DNA of 45,210 nt from Chloropicon primus (taxonomy: Eukaryota). A program made the translations under genes and the position numbers. Each line of letters opens with the position of its first letter. Position 1 is the stretch's first letter. This document shows positions 8,680 to 20,360 of this stretch, one piece after another. Where the stretch lies: positions 372,001 to 417,210 of the forward strand of contig CP060773.1 of the NCBI GenBank assembly GCA_023205875.1, in the 5' to 3' direction. The notes below the pieces were generated by a model, which made no database searches, was not told where the DNA came from, and saw only the letters and a list, made by a program, of their open reading frames with translations.

Positions 8680-11139
8680 ATGTCTGGCAGAAGGATATCG
8701 GACAGTGACATACCCAACATAGGTGACGCTGTGAGGTCATCTTGGTCGGGTTCCCTCTCGGAGTTGAAGAACAAAGCCTTTCCCTCCCAGTCCTCCAAGG
8801 GGGATGACGCCACGGGAAGCTTCACCTCGAGCAGGAAGCAGTCCAAGTGGCATAGCATCAAGAGAAGCCCTTTGGATGTCCAGCAAGTGAAGACGGAGAT
8901 AGAGGGCCTGCGCAACTCGGAGCACAGGCTGAGCAAGATTATGGCCAACTTGGGCAACCCGAACAGCAAGAGGAAGGGGAGGAGGATCCACAGGAAGAGC
9001 ATCCTGGACATCAAGAAGAACGAGAAGCTGCTGCAAGTGGAGTGGAAGCGGAGGTACTGGGACCTCTTCCTGTGCTTTTACATCATCCTGTACGACATTC
9101 TCTCGCCGTACCGGATCGCGTTCTTCGACAGCGCGTACCGGGGAAGCGCTGGGTTCTGGTTCGCCTTCGAGCGCCTCACGGAGCTCCTCTTCGTGTGCGA
9201 CATCATCCAGTACTACTGGGACGTCTTCCTGCTCCTGATGCCGTTCCTGAACCCCAACATGGAAGGAAGGCACACCATCAAGATGGTGAACATCCACGAG
9301 ACGATACCGTACAAGTCCCTCCTGGTCGACTTGATCTCGCTCATGCCCCTGGAGCCCATCGTGATCGCGAGCTGCGGCTCGGACTACAAGTGCAAGTCGG
9401 TGGCCAAGTGCCTGCCATTCTTCAGGATGCTGAGGACGTTCACAGTCATCATCACGCAGAGGCGGTACGAGAAGCACTTGCTGCACATCAACATCATCTC
9501 CGTGGAGCTCTTTCAGCTCTTCGCAAACATTTTGCTCCTCGTGATTCTCGTCCATAGCTCGGCGTGCCTTTGGTGGCTGACTTACGTCCTGGAGGGCTAC
9601 CCGGAGAATGGTTGGGACAACTTTGTGAACAAGTTCGAGCTGGACGACTCCCCCGTGACCGACAGATACGCCGCGGCCTTGTACTGGTCCACCCAAACCA
9701 TGACGACAATTGGTTTTGGAGACGTGACCCCCTCCACCGTCCCGGAGCTCACCGTGAGCATCATCGTCATGATCGTCGGCGCCGTGACCTTTGCCTACTT
9801 CGTGGGTAAAATGTCTGCCAACGTCCAGGACGCGAACAAGGGGAGCAGTCGGTTCCACCAGGTCATGCGAGAGCTGAACGAGTTCATGGTGCAGAGGCAG
9901 CTTCCTCCGAGCCTGCAGACGAAGATCAGAGCCTTCTTTCAGTACAGGCATCTGTCCGGCAAGTGGGGATTCGATGAGAGCGCGCTCCTGAGGGAGATGT
10001 CCCCGACCATGAGGGCCTCGGTGATCCTGTACAACAACAAGGACGCGATCAGGAGGGTCCCCTGGTTCGCGGACGGCGAGCCTGACTTCCTGTTCCGGAT
10101 CTGCGCTTGCCTTCACACCATTTACTGCGCGCCGGGGGAGCTCTTGATCCGGGAAGGGGAGATCGGCCAGGAGATGTACCTGCTCATCAAGGGGCAGGTG
10201 GAGATCTTCAACCAGACGGGGACCTTTCACACGGTGATCGAGGCAAAGGACGCCTCGGAGGCAAAGTACTTTGGGGAGGTGAGCGCGCTCTTCGGGGACA
10301 GGAGGCTGGCCTCGGTCAAGGCCCTGTCGTTCCTGGACGTGCTGTCCATCTCCAAAGTGGACCTGGACGCCGTGCTGGATTACTTTCCTGCTTTGAAGCA
10401 CAGGATCAGGATGGAGGGGTCGAGGAGGAGGCGCCGGCGCATCTTTGTCAAGGTCATCGCCGTGGTCAGGCTGATGAACCTCGCCCGGACGGACAAGAGG
10501 GTGACCACCGACTGGACGGTGGAAGACCTCTTGAACTTGAAGAACAACCTCGCGAAGAGGCAGACGGGCGACATCATCGACCCGACTCTGAACGAGATGC
10601 AGGGCATGTCCTTGGGGCACATCAACGAGATCGCCAGCGTGGGCAACATGTCCTCCGTGGCCAAGTCGAGGCGCAGTTCGTACGCCTCGGTCAAGGACCT
10701 CGGGGTGACCGACAGGGAGTTCCTGGACGAGATCAACATCAAGATACAGGACAAGAAAGAGAAGCAGCTGCAGACGAGGCCCGCGCGGTCGTACAGCGAT
10801 TCGGCGGGCCTCTCAGGGCTCGTCGAGCGGAGCAACAATTCCGTGACTTCCCAAAGCAACGAGAACGAGGAGAATGGCCAGACGACCCACTCGGCCGGCC
10901 CGACTGTCGCGGAGTCATCCTTCGACCGGGACAGGCTGCTTCTGGGCAGCGTTCAATCCATGCTGCAGACCTTCAAGGACGACCTCCTCGGGCAGCTCGA
11001 CGAGCGCTACCAGCGGGTCGGCGAGTCCTTGGACCGACGGATCACCAAGGGACCCGGCCAGGCAAAGGACAAGGCCTCGAGGAAGAAGAAGCCCAAGGTA
11101 GCTTTGGACCGAGTCATCGGCGACACGCCCCCAAAGTAG
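8680..11139 (+). CDS. 6-TM potassium channel with C-linker and cyclic-nucleotide-binding domain (KCNH/HCN/CNG superfamily)
   Basis: Pore and filter RYAAALYWSTQTMTTIGFGDVTP; C-linker LPPSLQTKIRAFFQY; CNBD PGELLIREGEIGQEMYLLIKGQVEI...YFGEVSALFGDRRLASVKA. First ATG is at 8680; an upstream exon is possible. Confidence 0.92.
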   Translation: MSGRRISDSDIPNIGDAVRSSWSGSLSELKNKAFPSQSSKGDDATGSFTSSRKQSKWHSIKRSPLDVQQVKTEIEGLRNSEHRLSKIMANLGNPNSKRKGRRIHRKSILDIKKNEKLLQVEWKRRYWDLFLCFYIILYDILSPYRIAFFDSAYRGSAGFWFAFERLTELLFVCDIIQYYWDVFLLLMPFLNPNMEGRHTIKMVNIHETIPYKSLLVDLISLMPLEPIVIASCGSDYKCKSVAKCLPFFRMLRTFTVIITQRRYEKHLLHINIISVELFQLFANILLLVILVHSSACLWWLTYVLEGYPENGWDNFVNKFELDDSPVTDRYAAALYWSTQTMTTIGFGDVTPSTVPELTVSIIVMIVGAVTFAYFVGKMSANVQDANKGSSRFHQVMRELNEFMVQRQLPPSLQTKIRAFFQYRHLSGKWGFDESALLREMSPTMRASVILYNNKDAIRRVPWFADGEPDFLFRICACLHTIYCAPGELLIREGEIGQEMYLLIKGQVEIFNQTGTFHTVIEAKDASEAKYFGEVSALFGDRRLASVKALSFLDVLSISKVDLDAVLDYFPALKHRIRMEGSRRRRRRIFVKVIAVVRLMNLARTDKRVTTDWTVEDLLNLKNNLAKRQTGDIIDPTLNEMQGMSLGHINEIASVGNMSSVAKSRRSSYASVKDLGVTDREFLDEINIKIQDKKEKQLQTRPARSYSDSAGLSGLVERSNNSVTSQSNENEENGQTTHSAGPTVAESSFDRDRLLLGSVQSMLQTFKDDLLGQLDERYQRVGESLDRRITKGPGQAKDKASRKKKPKVALDRVIGDTPPK

Positions 11140-11291
11140 GAGGCAACAATTTTTAGGATGATCTTCTCCTCCTACTACTTGAGTGCATCCAGTGGAGAGA
11201 GGACGCACGCAAGCACGGCAGAAAAAAACAAAGAAAAGCCTTCTCAGTGTAAGAGTATCAAGTATGAACCGTTATCTATTATATTATCAAA

Positions 11292-11921
11292 TTAACCGTG
11301 GCCGAAGAGCCTGTAGTCCACGACCTTGAAGCTGGCGACGACGTCTTTGAAGGCCTCGACCGCGTCGCGGACGAGTCTCTCCCTCTCCCCCTTCGAGCTT
11401 CCAGCGGCGCCCTCCACCTTGCCGAACGAGGAGCTCTTCTCGCTGATGGCCAGGGGGGTGTTCATCGTCACGAGAACCTCCGTCTCGTACTCGGGTATGG
11501 CGATGTCGCACAGGCACAAGTGTACCTGATTCGCGGCCTCGGCCTTGTCCTTGTCCTTGGCTATGCCCTGCACCCCGAAGAGCAGCGTGACTTGGGACAT
11601 TGGCGTCAGGGAACCAGGACAAAGCGCTTCCCGGTAGCCCGTCTCGATGACGGGGCTCTCCGTGCACCCAACAGCCTCGTTCGCCTTGGCCAGGTCCCTG
11701 AAGTGGAACAGAGCCGCGTGCTCGCACCCTTTGGCGTGGACCTCTTTCTCGTACTCGACGATCTCGACGATGAGAGACCGATCCGTCTCCGGCTCCGCGA
11801 AACATTCTTGGTGGTCCGGCACCTGGCGATACTCACTCAAGTCCTTCATCCCACCAGGGACCTTCATGGTGATCATACCCCCATACAGGGGCCTCTCCTC
11901 CAGGCGTCCTTCACGACCCAT
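11292..11921 (-). CDS. MOG1: Ran guanine nucleotide release factor Mog1
   Basis: RPLYGGMI...DLSEYRQVPDHQECF...DRSLIVEIVE...ALFHFRDLAKAN, and C-terminal SFKVVDYRLFG, match the Mog1 family. Confidence 0.92.
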   Translation of the reverse strand: MGREGRLEERPLYGGMITMKVPGGMKDLSEYRQVPDHQECFAEPETDRSLIVEIVEYEKEVHAKGCEHAALFHFRDLAKANEAVGCTESPVIETGYREALCPGSLTPMSQVTLLFGVQGIAKDKDKAEAANQVHLCLCDIAIPEYETEVLVTMNTPLAISEKSSSFGKVEGAAGSSKGERERLVRDAVEAFKDVVASFKVVDYRLFGHG

Positions 11922-12482
11922 TCGATCCGTCCTATCTCGTAAACCAAGACTCGACCTGGCGTGATCCCCAGAAGTGTGACCTGAAGAATCCTTGACCAAT
12001 CCCTACGACCTCTTGCGACCCTCGATTCGCCCTCCACTGCGTCGCAAAGTCACGCCACTCCTGCTCCTGGCTGCTCCCCAACGCCTTGATGGCCAAAGTT
12101 GGCGACCACTCCGGTTGCCAAACGAGTCGAGTGAGGGCTCGTTCGAAAGATAAAGAGATTTTCTACCGCGATGTGTTCTCTCCTTTCCCTCTTACGCTCT
12201 CGTTCTTGCCATCTCTCTCGTTCTTTCCGCTCCTCGGTCGATCTTTGCTCCCCTCGGACGCGCGGAAAAACTGTTTTCCTATGGCCATGTATAATTAATG
12301 TCGTATAGAGAATAAGCCGCGGAGCTCCTCCAACGGATTTCTCTAGAGGAAGGAAAAGGTAAGTTGACCAAGATTGAGAAGAGGAGAGAGACTTTGGAGG
12401 AAGATTAAGAACGCTTAGGGTGGAGTGAGTGCTGTGACAAGCGTGAAAGATGATTCCTCGCTTCACAAGCTTTCTTTCAAGC

Positions 12483-12722
12483 CCTTCCTTGTGCCCTGGG
12501 TCTCCGTAATAGACGAGAAACTCACGTATTGACCAAGCTGAGGCACAAGTTCAAAGCCCAAGCTTAGAGACTATGAGCACCGAAGGGGGGGGGGAGAGGG
12601 AGGCTGTGCGTCGTGTCAAGGGTGCAAGATGGTTCCTCGTGTCTTTCTCTATCGAAAGAGCATTCGTTCGTCCTTCCTTCCGCCTTGGTTGTCCGGTATG
12701 GACGAGAAACTCACGTATTGAC
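12483..12722 (+). repeat. Imperfect ~51-bp direct repeat pair (12483-12533, 12672-12722)
   Basis: Exact 22-mer gacgagaaactcacgtattgac at 12512 and 12701, with similar upstream ccttcctt..gcc.tgg.t.tccg; offset 189 bp. Confidence 0.85.
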
Positions 12723-12991
12723 TGACTCGTGACTACTGACTCTTGTTGGCGTTTTCCTTGGCAGAGGCAGGCGGCAGAGAGGCCAGCAGGCGGCAGAGGG
12801 ACGGAGGAGGAGAGGGAGAGCAAGGGAGGACGTCATCCCTGGCATTTGCTAATCGCTGACTCCGGCTGGAGGGAGGGCAGGAGGGAGAGAGGGAGAGACA
12901 CCCCTTGTGGAGGAAGAGACCCCTTTGTGGAGGAAGGGACCCCTGTCACACTTGTCACAACTTGTGTTCAAGTTGTTAAGGACCGACCAAG

Positions 12992-14074
12992 ATGACGAGC
13001 TTGAAGAATTGGGAGGCGCAGGCGAGGACGAACTCCATCCTGGCGGGGTCCATCCAAGCCCTGGAGGCTCGGGTGGACGACTGCTATGTTCTGCTGGACT
13101 GGTAAGTGTGTGCTCGTTCTTTGGTCGTCGTCGGGGCTCGTGCTGACACTTCCTCTGTCTCGTGTCTTGTTGTGCGTTTTGCTCCTCTCAGGCGAGAAGA
13201 GGTGGAGGGGAGGCTCGAGGACATCGGAGGGGACATCATTATCATGAAGGACAAGCAAGACTCGAACGAGAGGAGGGCGCAGGAGGTGCAGCAAGCGCAA
13301 GCGAGCGCGGTGGCGAGAAGGCCGAGCATCCTTGGGCGGCTTCGGTCGGGCTCCGTGACAGCAGTGAGCGGCGAGGATGCCGCTGCTGAGGCCCTGCGAG
13401 CGGTCACGGAGCAGTTGACAATCGTCAAGACGAAGAAGAACCCCTTGGTCCGACTCAAGAACCTCTTGAGCTACTGCGTCGCGGCGGCCGGACCCACCGA
13501 AGTCCGAACCTTCTCCGCGCAGACATCAAACCTCCTACTCACGGTCGTCTTGCTTCTGTACGTGTACTCGTACGGCAACGTGATCTCGCAGATCGAGATC
13601 AGCTTGCTGAGCTTGTCCATCTTGGTCTCCACCACCGTCAGCTACCTGAACGCGAGCAAGCGGACGCTGAGCAAGTGCAACTTGTTCCTGGGCTGCGTGG
13701 TGTGGAGCATGTGCATCAACGCCAGCATCTTGAAGGACGCCATCGAGGAGGTTGGCAAGCACTACTCCTTCTGCAGACTCAACCTCAAGTCCCTGGACTC
13801 GAACCGGTGTGACCTGAGGCAGATGCACGCCGCGTACAAGGGCAGTTTCGGACTCGCCACGGCCATCATCTCTGTCTACTGCTTTTACCTGACGACCTGC
13901 TGCCGCGACGAGATCGAGAGCGAGAGGACGTCCAGGGCTATCAAGGACAAGCTCGTGGCGAAAATATCTGCGTCGCCAAGAAAGTCCGTGATGAAGAGGT
14001 TTAGCATCTCGGGGAAGGGCAACGCCCCACCGCCGATGAGGAGAATGTCTCTCGTGGACGCCGGGAACTCGTGA
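12992..14074 (+). CDS. Unknown protein (330 aa): N-terminal coiled coil plus ~4 TM helices (exons 12992-13101, 13192-14074)
   Basis: A GTAAGT..CAG intron with a CTGAC branch joins MTSLKNWEAQ...LLDW to REEVEGRLEDIG. Four hydrophobic segments and a Cys pair (FCRL...RCDL) in the loop before the last helix. Confidence 0.75.
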
Positions 14075-14271
14075 CGCGGAAGAGGAAGGAAGGGGGAGGT
14101 TTTAGGGCATCTTTCCGGATCCATTCATCCATCCCGGGTGGCTGCTGCCCAGTCGCCTAGCACACCACACAACTCTTGTATTTTACGAAAGAATCCACCT
14201 ACTACCTGCGCACGCAACTCCTCGTGCCATCGGCCTGCTCCCTTGTCATCCACCATCACCATCCCATTTGC

Positions 14272-14304
<33 letters not shown>

Positions 14305-14644
14305 CTGGTGCTGGTGCTGGATGAAACACATCGTCGAAAAGATGGAGGCCAATGCCAATCCAATAGATGCCTCCCTCCCCTCCCTCCATTCATCCCTCCA
14401 TTCATCCCTCCTCCCCTTCTCCTTCTCCTTTCCTCCCCTTCTCCTGTTTCTCTCTGTTCCCCAAAAAGAAACTCCAGGGAGAGCATTTCGGGAGTGGGGA
14501 AGGGGAACAAACGAGAGGGATTTCGACGGAGACAAAGCGTCAGGAGGGCGAGGGAGGCAACGTCATCAAACGCTTCACCTCTTCATCTTTCCAACGAGCC
14601 GCTCCACTCCTCCGTCGCTTCCATAACGAAGCGGCGGTGTCCTC

Positions 14645-15279
14645 ATGCCCTCATCCTTGTGGAGCAGCCAGAGGACAGGAGCACCGAGGGAGGGGAGCGT
14701 CACGAGTGGAGGGAGAGTGAGAACGGCGACGACGGGGACGAGAGACACTGCGACACCTCGCACTCGTCACATTCTCCATGTTTCTCCCTCTTCCTCTTCG
14801 CAAGAAACGAACAGAACGAGGACAGGCGTTGCTCATCACCATCACCATGACCAGCATCATGGGAAGCTCCGGCTTCATTCCGGAGTGACGAGGAGGAGGA
14901 GGACAATTGCAAGGGTTTACCCTCGGGAGAAGTACAAGTACACACAAGGAAGGGAGAAGCCGCTCGATCCTGACGTCGCTGATGTGAGTCCTTTTGCTTT
15001 TCCCTCAGCTCTCTCTTTCCCTCTCAAGTGAATGGAAACTGATTGCATCTTCATCTTCATCTTCATCACCATCATCTCTCTCTGTGGCTCTGTTTTCATT
15101 CTTCTTTGCTGGTGCAGGTTTTGGTGAACGCGGTGTTGATCTTTGGGGTAGCGAGTACGCCGTGGCTGTTGGACCCGGACAACGTTATCGTATGGGTGCC
15201 ACTCACTGCAGGAGCATTGGCTGTCATTCCACAGGTGAGCACGAGCACGTGAATGGCCCCAGAGGAGTCTCTCTTCTCT

Positions 15280-15325
<46 letters not shown>

Positions 15326-15760
15326 TTCTCTTGACTAAACTTGCTGCGCGTTCAGGTTCGTGGCGGAGCCCACCAGATGCTCGATATCGTGAGGAGGAGG
15401 CTGTCCAGAGCATGGAACGGGGGAAGGCAGGAGCGGCCGGGGGAGGGTGGGTACGGCAGGAGCACATGGGAGGCGCCCTCATCGAGTTACCATCCTAGAT
15501 CACCCAAGCCAGTGACCCGATACGAGAACGAAACTGGGGACGAGGAGGACCAAGCCGAGGGAAGCACGACGGGCGACGCCGGGTCAAAGAGGAGGGAAGG
15601 AGGGGGGCCTTCGATGGTGCAGAGGAGGTCGAATTGGAGCACTGGGGGAGTCGGCGGCTTCGCCAAAAGGGGAAGGAGCAAGGCGAAGCCAGTGCCCTTG
15701 GCCTTGCGAATAATATTCTCCGTCTTCCCTTTCATGAAGTACTGGGGAGGGTTCCTTTGA
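14645..15760 (+). CDS. Unknown membrane protein, possibly organellar; last exons 15118-15234 and 15356-15760, 5' structure uncertain
   Basis: Phase-0 introns 14984-15117 and 15235-15355 link ...KPLDPDVAD / VLVNAVLIFGVASTPWLL...ALAVIPQ / VRGG...PLALRIIFSVFPFMKYWGGFL. The start is tentative (another possible intron at 14717-14814). Confidence 0.6.
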
Positions 15761-15832
15761 CTCCGGCGCGGTGCATATAAAGTTTTGTAAGGATAGTATA
15801 GTAGTACACACAAATAGGGCTCAGCTCGGGCC

Positions 15833-16203
15833 TCAAAGCAGCATGTCTTCCAGCTGGACTTGCGCTTGCTCCAGTTGGGAGAGCAGAGTATAAAACTGTT
15901 GTATCGAAAGCTCTATCGTCTTCACAACTGGCTTGCCCTCGTCCTTGTTGAAGATGAGCTTCAAGTGAACGAAAGTTCGACCCACTTGCTTCACCTCACT
16001 CGTAGAAGCAGTCACTGATGTATTGTGATGTGATAGGATGTGATATCGAGTCGACGCAGCAGCAGCAGCAGCAGCAGAGAACACGACGACGACGAACAAA
16101 AAGAGAAAAAGTGGAATAGGTCAATAAGCTTGGCCCCTCTGCATTTTGTGTCCGCTTCCTCAGACTCACCACCAAAGCGCCACTCGAAGTCCACGAGCTC
16201 CAT
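15833..16203 (-). CDS. COMMD7: COMM-domain protein, COMMD7-like sequence, 71 aa (exons 16203-16170, 16014-15833)
   Basis: Spliced product MELVDFEWRFGVTASTSEVKQVGRTFVHLKLIFNKDEGKPVVKTIELSIQQFYTLLSQLEQAQVQLEDMLL resembles the COMMD7 C-terminus (DMEWKFGVT...ELEKVG..FLQLKL...IELTLPQFY). Confidence 0.8.
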
Positions 16204-17124
16204 CTCGAATGAATGGGAATCCTCCAAGAACCTCCGTGCCCCTTCACTTGTCCTCGCTGTGCTCCCCTCCCTTGGCAAACTCTTCCCGGTCCTCGCCCTC
16301 CCAACCTGCACTTCTGTCTTCCCCAGCCTTTCCTGGCTCCGCTCCAAAGGCGTCAAGTGATGGTACCGATGGAAACAGATCGTGAGACGCGCTTTCCTTC
16401 ACCCCTCCACTCGCTGTGCTCCTCTACCACAGACCTTGGCCCTCCCTCTCCTCCCACAAAAGGCACACAGAGGCCAGACAGCTTTTATCAACCACCACGG
16501 GCGCCAAATGCGTCAAGTGAGAGCTTCACGGAAAGACCTTGAGCTCTAGTTTTGTGTGATGCCAATGACTTGTCCACACTTGATCCCGTCCTCCCCGCCG
16601 ATACCGCGCCTTCGTCCGACCCTTTGCCCAATCCTGTATCCTGTCCTTGGGATCCATGCACTTACGAATTTCAGCCTCATTTCTGGAGGATTAGGAGCCT
16701 CCAGTTTTCAGGATAAGGCAGAGAAGAGACGGTGAGTGATGTGCAAAAACAGGTGCGAAGACGAGAAGGGGTGAGGTCTTGAGGTGCACCAATCGATGCC
16801 TTACCCTCTCATCTTTCCATAGATACCTTCCTCGCTCGGAATGGCGGAGGGATGAGGATGGGAGAGACTAATGAGGTTTCATTTTTTGTCTGTTTTGGAA
16901 GCCTGGGAGGCAGGGAGGTTGGTAAGCGAAGAGTGGCGAGGAGGGGGCTGCGGTGCGGAAGGGACCCCGCGGGATTGAAGCATCGTGACATTATCTTTCG
17001 TTCGACGCCTCACTCGAAGGGGATGGCGAAGTTTTTGAGGATTCATCATCCTGACTCCTGACTTGTTTTTGCCTGTGTCCTGTGTGTGTGTTGTCGCAGG
17101 CTGTGACTCGGTGCTGGGGCTGAG

Positions 17125-20088
17125 ATGGTCTTGGGAGGGACGGCAACGACGAGGAGTGCAATGGTAGTGCCTCGGGTGAAGAAGAACATCAAACCATTCG
17201 CCTGTTCGGGTTTGCCTGCATCAGGGACCGCGGGGTCTCGGAGTCTGCAGCGGCCGCAAACCAAGGCGGGGCCCGCGCACGTGCGGGCGAGGAGCGAAAG
17301 GATGAAGCGGGTGGCGGGGTTCGGGCACGGCTTGAGGTGGTTGCTGCTCTCGGAGAGGAGGACCTTCGCGTGCCGAGCTCTCTCGAGCAAGAAGGGGAGC
17401 GAGCAAGTCGCGGGCGACTCGGGCGGGAGGAACCTGTACCCGTTCGACACCATCGAGAAGAAGTGGCAGCTGTACTGGGAGGAGAACGAGACGTTCAAGG
17501 TGGAGGAGGACGCTCACTTGAGGGACTCCGGGGCGGGGAAGTACTACGTCTTGGACATGTTCCCTTACCCGAGCGGCTCTGGGCTGCACGTGGGCCACCC
17601 CGAAGGGTACACCGCGACGGACATCACGGCGAGGTACAAGAGGATGCTGGGCATGCAAGTGATGCATCCGATGGGCTGGGACGCTTTCGGGCTTCCCGCA
17701 GAGCAGTACGCGATCAACACGGGCACCCACCCCCGCGAGACCACCTTTGCCAACGTCGACAGGTTCCGGCAGCAGCTGAAGAGCCTGGGGTTCAGTTTCG
17801 ATTGGTCGAGAGAAGTGAGCACGACAGATCCGGACTATTACAAGTGGACGCAGTGGATATTTCTCAAGCTCTTTGAGAAAGGGCTGGCGTACCAGGCCGA
17901 GGTCCCGGTGAACTGGTGCCCTGCCCTCGGCACCGTCCTGGCGAACGAGGAGGTGATCGACGGACTGAGCGAGAGGGGCAGCCATCCGGTGGTGAGGGTG
18001 CCCATGAAGCAGTGGATGCTCAAGATCACAAAGTACGCCGAGAGGCTTTTGGAGGACTTGGACGAGTTGGACTGGAGCGACTCGATCAAGGAGATGCAGA
18101 GGAACTGGATCGGAAAGTCAGAAGGCGCGACCATCGGGTTCAAGATCGTGGCCGACCACCTGGAATCCGACTCGGGTCTGGACATGGAGGTGTTCACCAC
18201 GAGGCCGGACACGCTTTTCGGGGCAACTTACTGCTGCCTCGCGCCAGAGAACGATCTCGTGAAGAAGATATGCTCCGAGGAGCAGCTTGCGGCGGTCGAG
18301 AGGTACGTGGAGGAGGCGAGCAAGAAGTCAGATCTGGAGAGGACAGAGCTGCAGAAGACAAAGACGGGCGTTTTCACGGGAGCCTTTGCCGTGAATCCAG
18401 TGAACGGGAAGAAGGTTCCCATCTGGGTCGCAGACTACGTGCTGGGATCCTACGGCAGCGGGGCTGTCATGGCAGTCCCAGCGCACGACCAGAGGGACTT
18501 TGAATTCGCCGAGGAGAACGGCTTGGACGTGGAGTGGGTCGTGAAACCACAAACCAAAAAGGGGAAGAAGGGTCAGGGCGAGGGCGAAGCGGAGCCCGAG
18601 GCAAGCGGCGCGTTCACAAAGGATGGCGTCAGCTTCAACTCTTCGAACCCTTCCACCGGTTTGTCTCTGGACGGCCTCGAGACCCACAAAGCCAAGGAAG
18701 CCGTCCTGGCGTGGCTGGAGCAGCACGGGTGCGGCAAGAAGCAAGTGAACTACAAGCTCAGGGACTGGCTCTTTGCGAGGCAGAGGTATTGGGGGGAGCC
18801 CTTCCCCATCGTGTACGACAAGTCGAACCCGGATGTTCCCATCCCGCTGTCGCCGAGTGATCTCCCCCTCACCCTGCCGGACGTGGAGAGTTACGAGCCC
18901 ACCGGCACCGGTGAGTCTCCCCTCGCCGGTGTGAGGGACTGGGTGGAAGTGTCCATGGACGGCAAAGAGTACTTGAGGGAGACGAACACGATGCCTCAGT
19001 GGGCTGGGTCGTGCTGGTACTACTTGAGGTTCCTGGACCCCAAAAATCAGGACATGCTGATCGATCCGAACAAGGAAAAGTATTGGATGCCCGTCGATCT
19101 CTACGTTGGCGGAGCGGAGCACGCGGTGCTCCATTTGCTTTACGCGAGGTTCTGGCACAAGGTGCTGTACGACATTGGGGTGGTCACCACCAAGGAGCCC
19201 TTTGGGAAGCTCGTGTCCCAAGGGATGATCCTGGGAGAGGTGGAGTACACGGCCTACAAGGACCCTGCCGATGGACGTTACGTGAGCATCGACAGCAAGG
19301 ACAGGGACTTGTCCGATCTGGAGGGCGTGAGCTTGGACTCGTCCCAAGTGGTGAAGAAGGGTAAGGGCTACGTTTTGAAGGAGGACGAGAACGTGCTGGT
19401 GAGCGCTAGGGCCCACAAAATGAGCAAAAGCAGGGGGAACGTGATCAACCCGGACCATATCGTGGAAGCCTACGGTGCGGACTCGCTCAGGCTTTACGAG
19501 ATGTTCATGGGTCCTCTGTGCGATACCAAGGTGTGGAGCACGAGGAGCGTGGAGGGAGTCTACAGGTTCTTGGGGAAAGTTTGGAGGTTTTTGGAGGGAG
19601 GCGTGGAGGACACGGGTGCCACCAAAGAGCAGCTTCAAGCGATCCACGCATGCATCAAGAAGGTCACCGTGGACACGGAGGAACTTCGGTTCAACACGGC
19701 GATCAGTGCCATGATGGAATTCATGAACGAGGCCACCAAGTGGGAGACCAAGCCAAGGGAAGCTTGCGAGCCCCTGGTCCTGATGCTTTCGGCTTACGCG
19801 CCTCACATCGCGGAGGAGCTTTGGAGCCGGTGCGGCCACGGCGGGTCTTTGGCCTACGAGAAGTGGCCGTTATGCGACGAGTCCCTCCTCGTGAGCGACA
19901 GTTACGTCCTGCCCGTGCAGATCAACGGGAAGATGAGGGGCAAGGTCGAGGTCCCCACTTCAGCGACCCAGGACCAAGCGATTGAGGCCGCCCTGACCGT
20001 GCCCAACGTGGAGAAGCAGGTGGAGGGCAAGGAGATCTTCAAAGTCATTTTCGTCCCGGAAAAGATCCTAAACGTCATTGTAAAGTAA
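17125..20088 (+). CDS. LARS2: Leucyl-tRNA synthetase, bacterial-type (plastid/mitochondrial)
   Basis: [19 protein letters not shown] (HIGH), CP1 editing FTTRPDT and [23 protein letters not shown], and a long N-terminal targeting extension. Probable 5'UTR intron at 16922-17099. Confidence 0.97.
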   Translation: MVLGGTATTRSAMVVPRVKKNIKPFACSGLPASGTAGSRSLQRPQTKAGPAHVRARSERMKRVAGFGHGLRWLLLSERRTFACRALSSKKGSEQVAGDSGGRNLYPFDTIEKKWQLYWEENETFKVEEDAHLRDSGAGKYYVLDMFPYPSGSGLHVGHPEGYTATDITARYKRMLGMQVMHPMGWDAFGLPAEQYAINTGTHPRETTFANVDRFRQQLKSLGFSFDWSREVSTTDPDYYKWTQWIFLKLFEKGLAYQAEVPVNWCPALGTVLANEEVIDGLSERGSHPVVRVPMKQWMLKITKYAERLLEDLDELDWSDSIKEMQRNWIGKSEGATIGFKIVADHLESDSGLDMEVFTTRPDTLFGATYCCLAPENDLVKKICSEEQLAAVERYVEEASKKSDLERTELQKTKTGVFTGAFAVNPVNGKKVPIWVADYVLGSYGSGAVMAVPAHDQRDFEFAEENGLDVEWVVKPQTKKGKKGQGEGEAEPEASGAFTKDGVSFNSSNPSTGLSLDGLETHKAKEAVLAWLEQHGCGKKQVNYKLRDWLFARQRYWGEPFPIVYDKSNPDVPIPLSPSDLPLTLPDVESYEPTGTGESPLAGVRDWVEVSMDGKEYLRETNTMPQWAGSCWYYLRFLDPKNQDMLIDPNKEKYWMPVDLYVGGAEHAVLHLLYARFWHKVLYDIGVVTTKEPFGKLVSQGMILGEVEYTAYKDPADGRYVSIDSKDRDLSDLEGVSLDSSQVVKKGKGYVLKEDENVLVSARAHKMSKSRGNVINPDHIVEAYGADSLRLYEMFMGPLCDTKVWSTRSVEGVYRFLGKVWRFLEGGVEDTGATKEQLQAIHACIKKVTVDTEELRFNTAISAMMEFMNEATKWETKPREACEPLVLMLSAYAPHIAEELWSRCGHGGSLAYEKWPLCDESLLVSDSYVLPVQINGKMRGKVEVPTSATQDQAIEAALTVPNVEKQVEGKEIFKVIFVPEKILNVIVK

Positions 20089-20360
20089 TCGAAGCTAGCA
20101 AGGCTTGTTTCTACTTCTCCTACTTCTTGTTCTCTCGCAAGAAAGCGTAAGGTATATTGATTTTTATCCTGATTTTTTTCACAAATAAAGGGTTTGGTGG
20201 CAAATTGCTCCTCCTAGGCTCCCCCCGACGAGAAGAGAAGAGAAAAAACAGTCCTTTTCCTTTTCCTTTTCTTCCCGTCGACAGCATATTTTCAAGCCAT
20301 TTCAGTCTGGTTTTTTATTGGTGTTCGCTGATACTTTTGGTGTCTCTCAACTCCGGCTCC

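Noticed and set aside
8737..10620. 627-aa minus-strand ORF
   Set aside because: Antisense shadow of the K+ channel caused by GC3-rich codon usage; no recognisable motifs.
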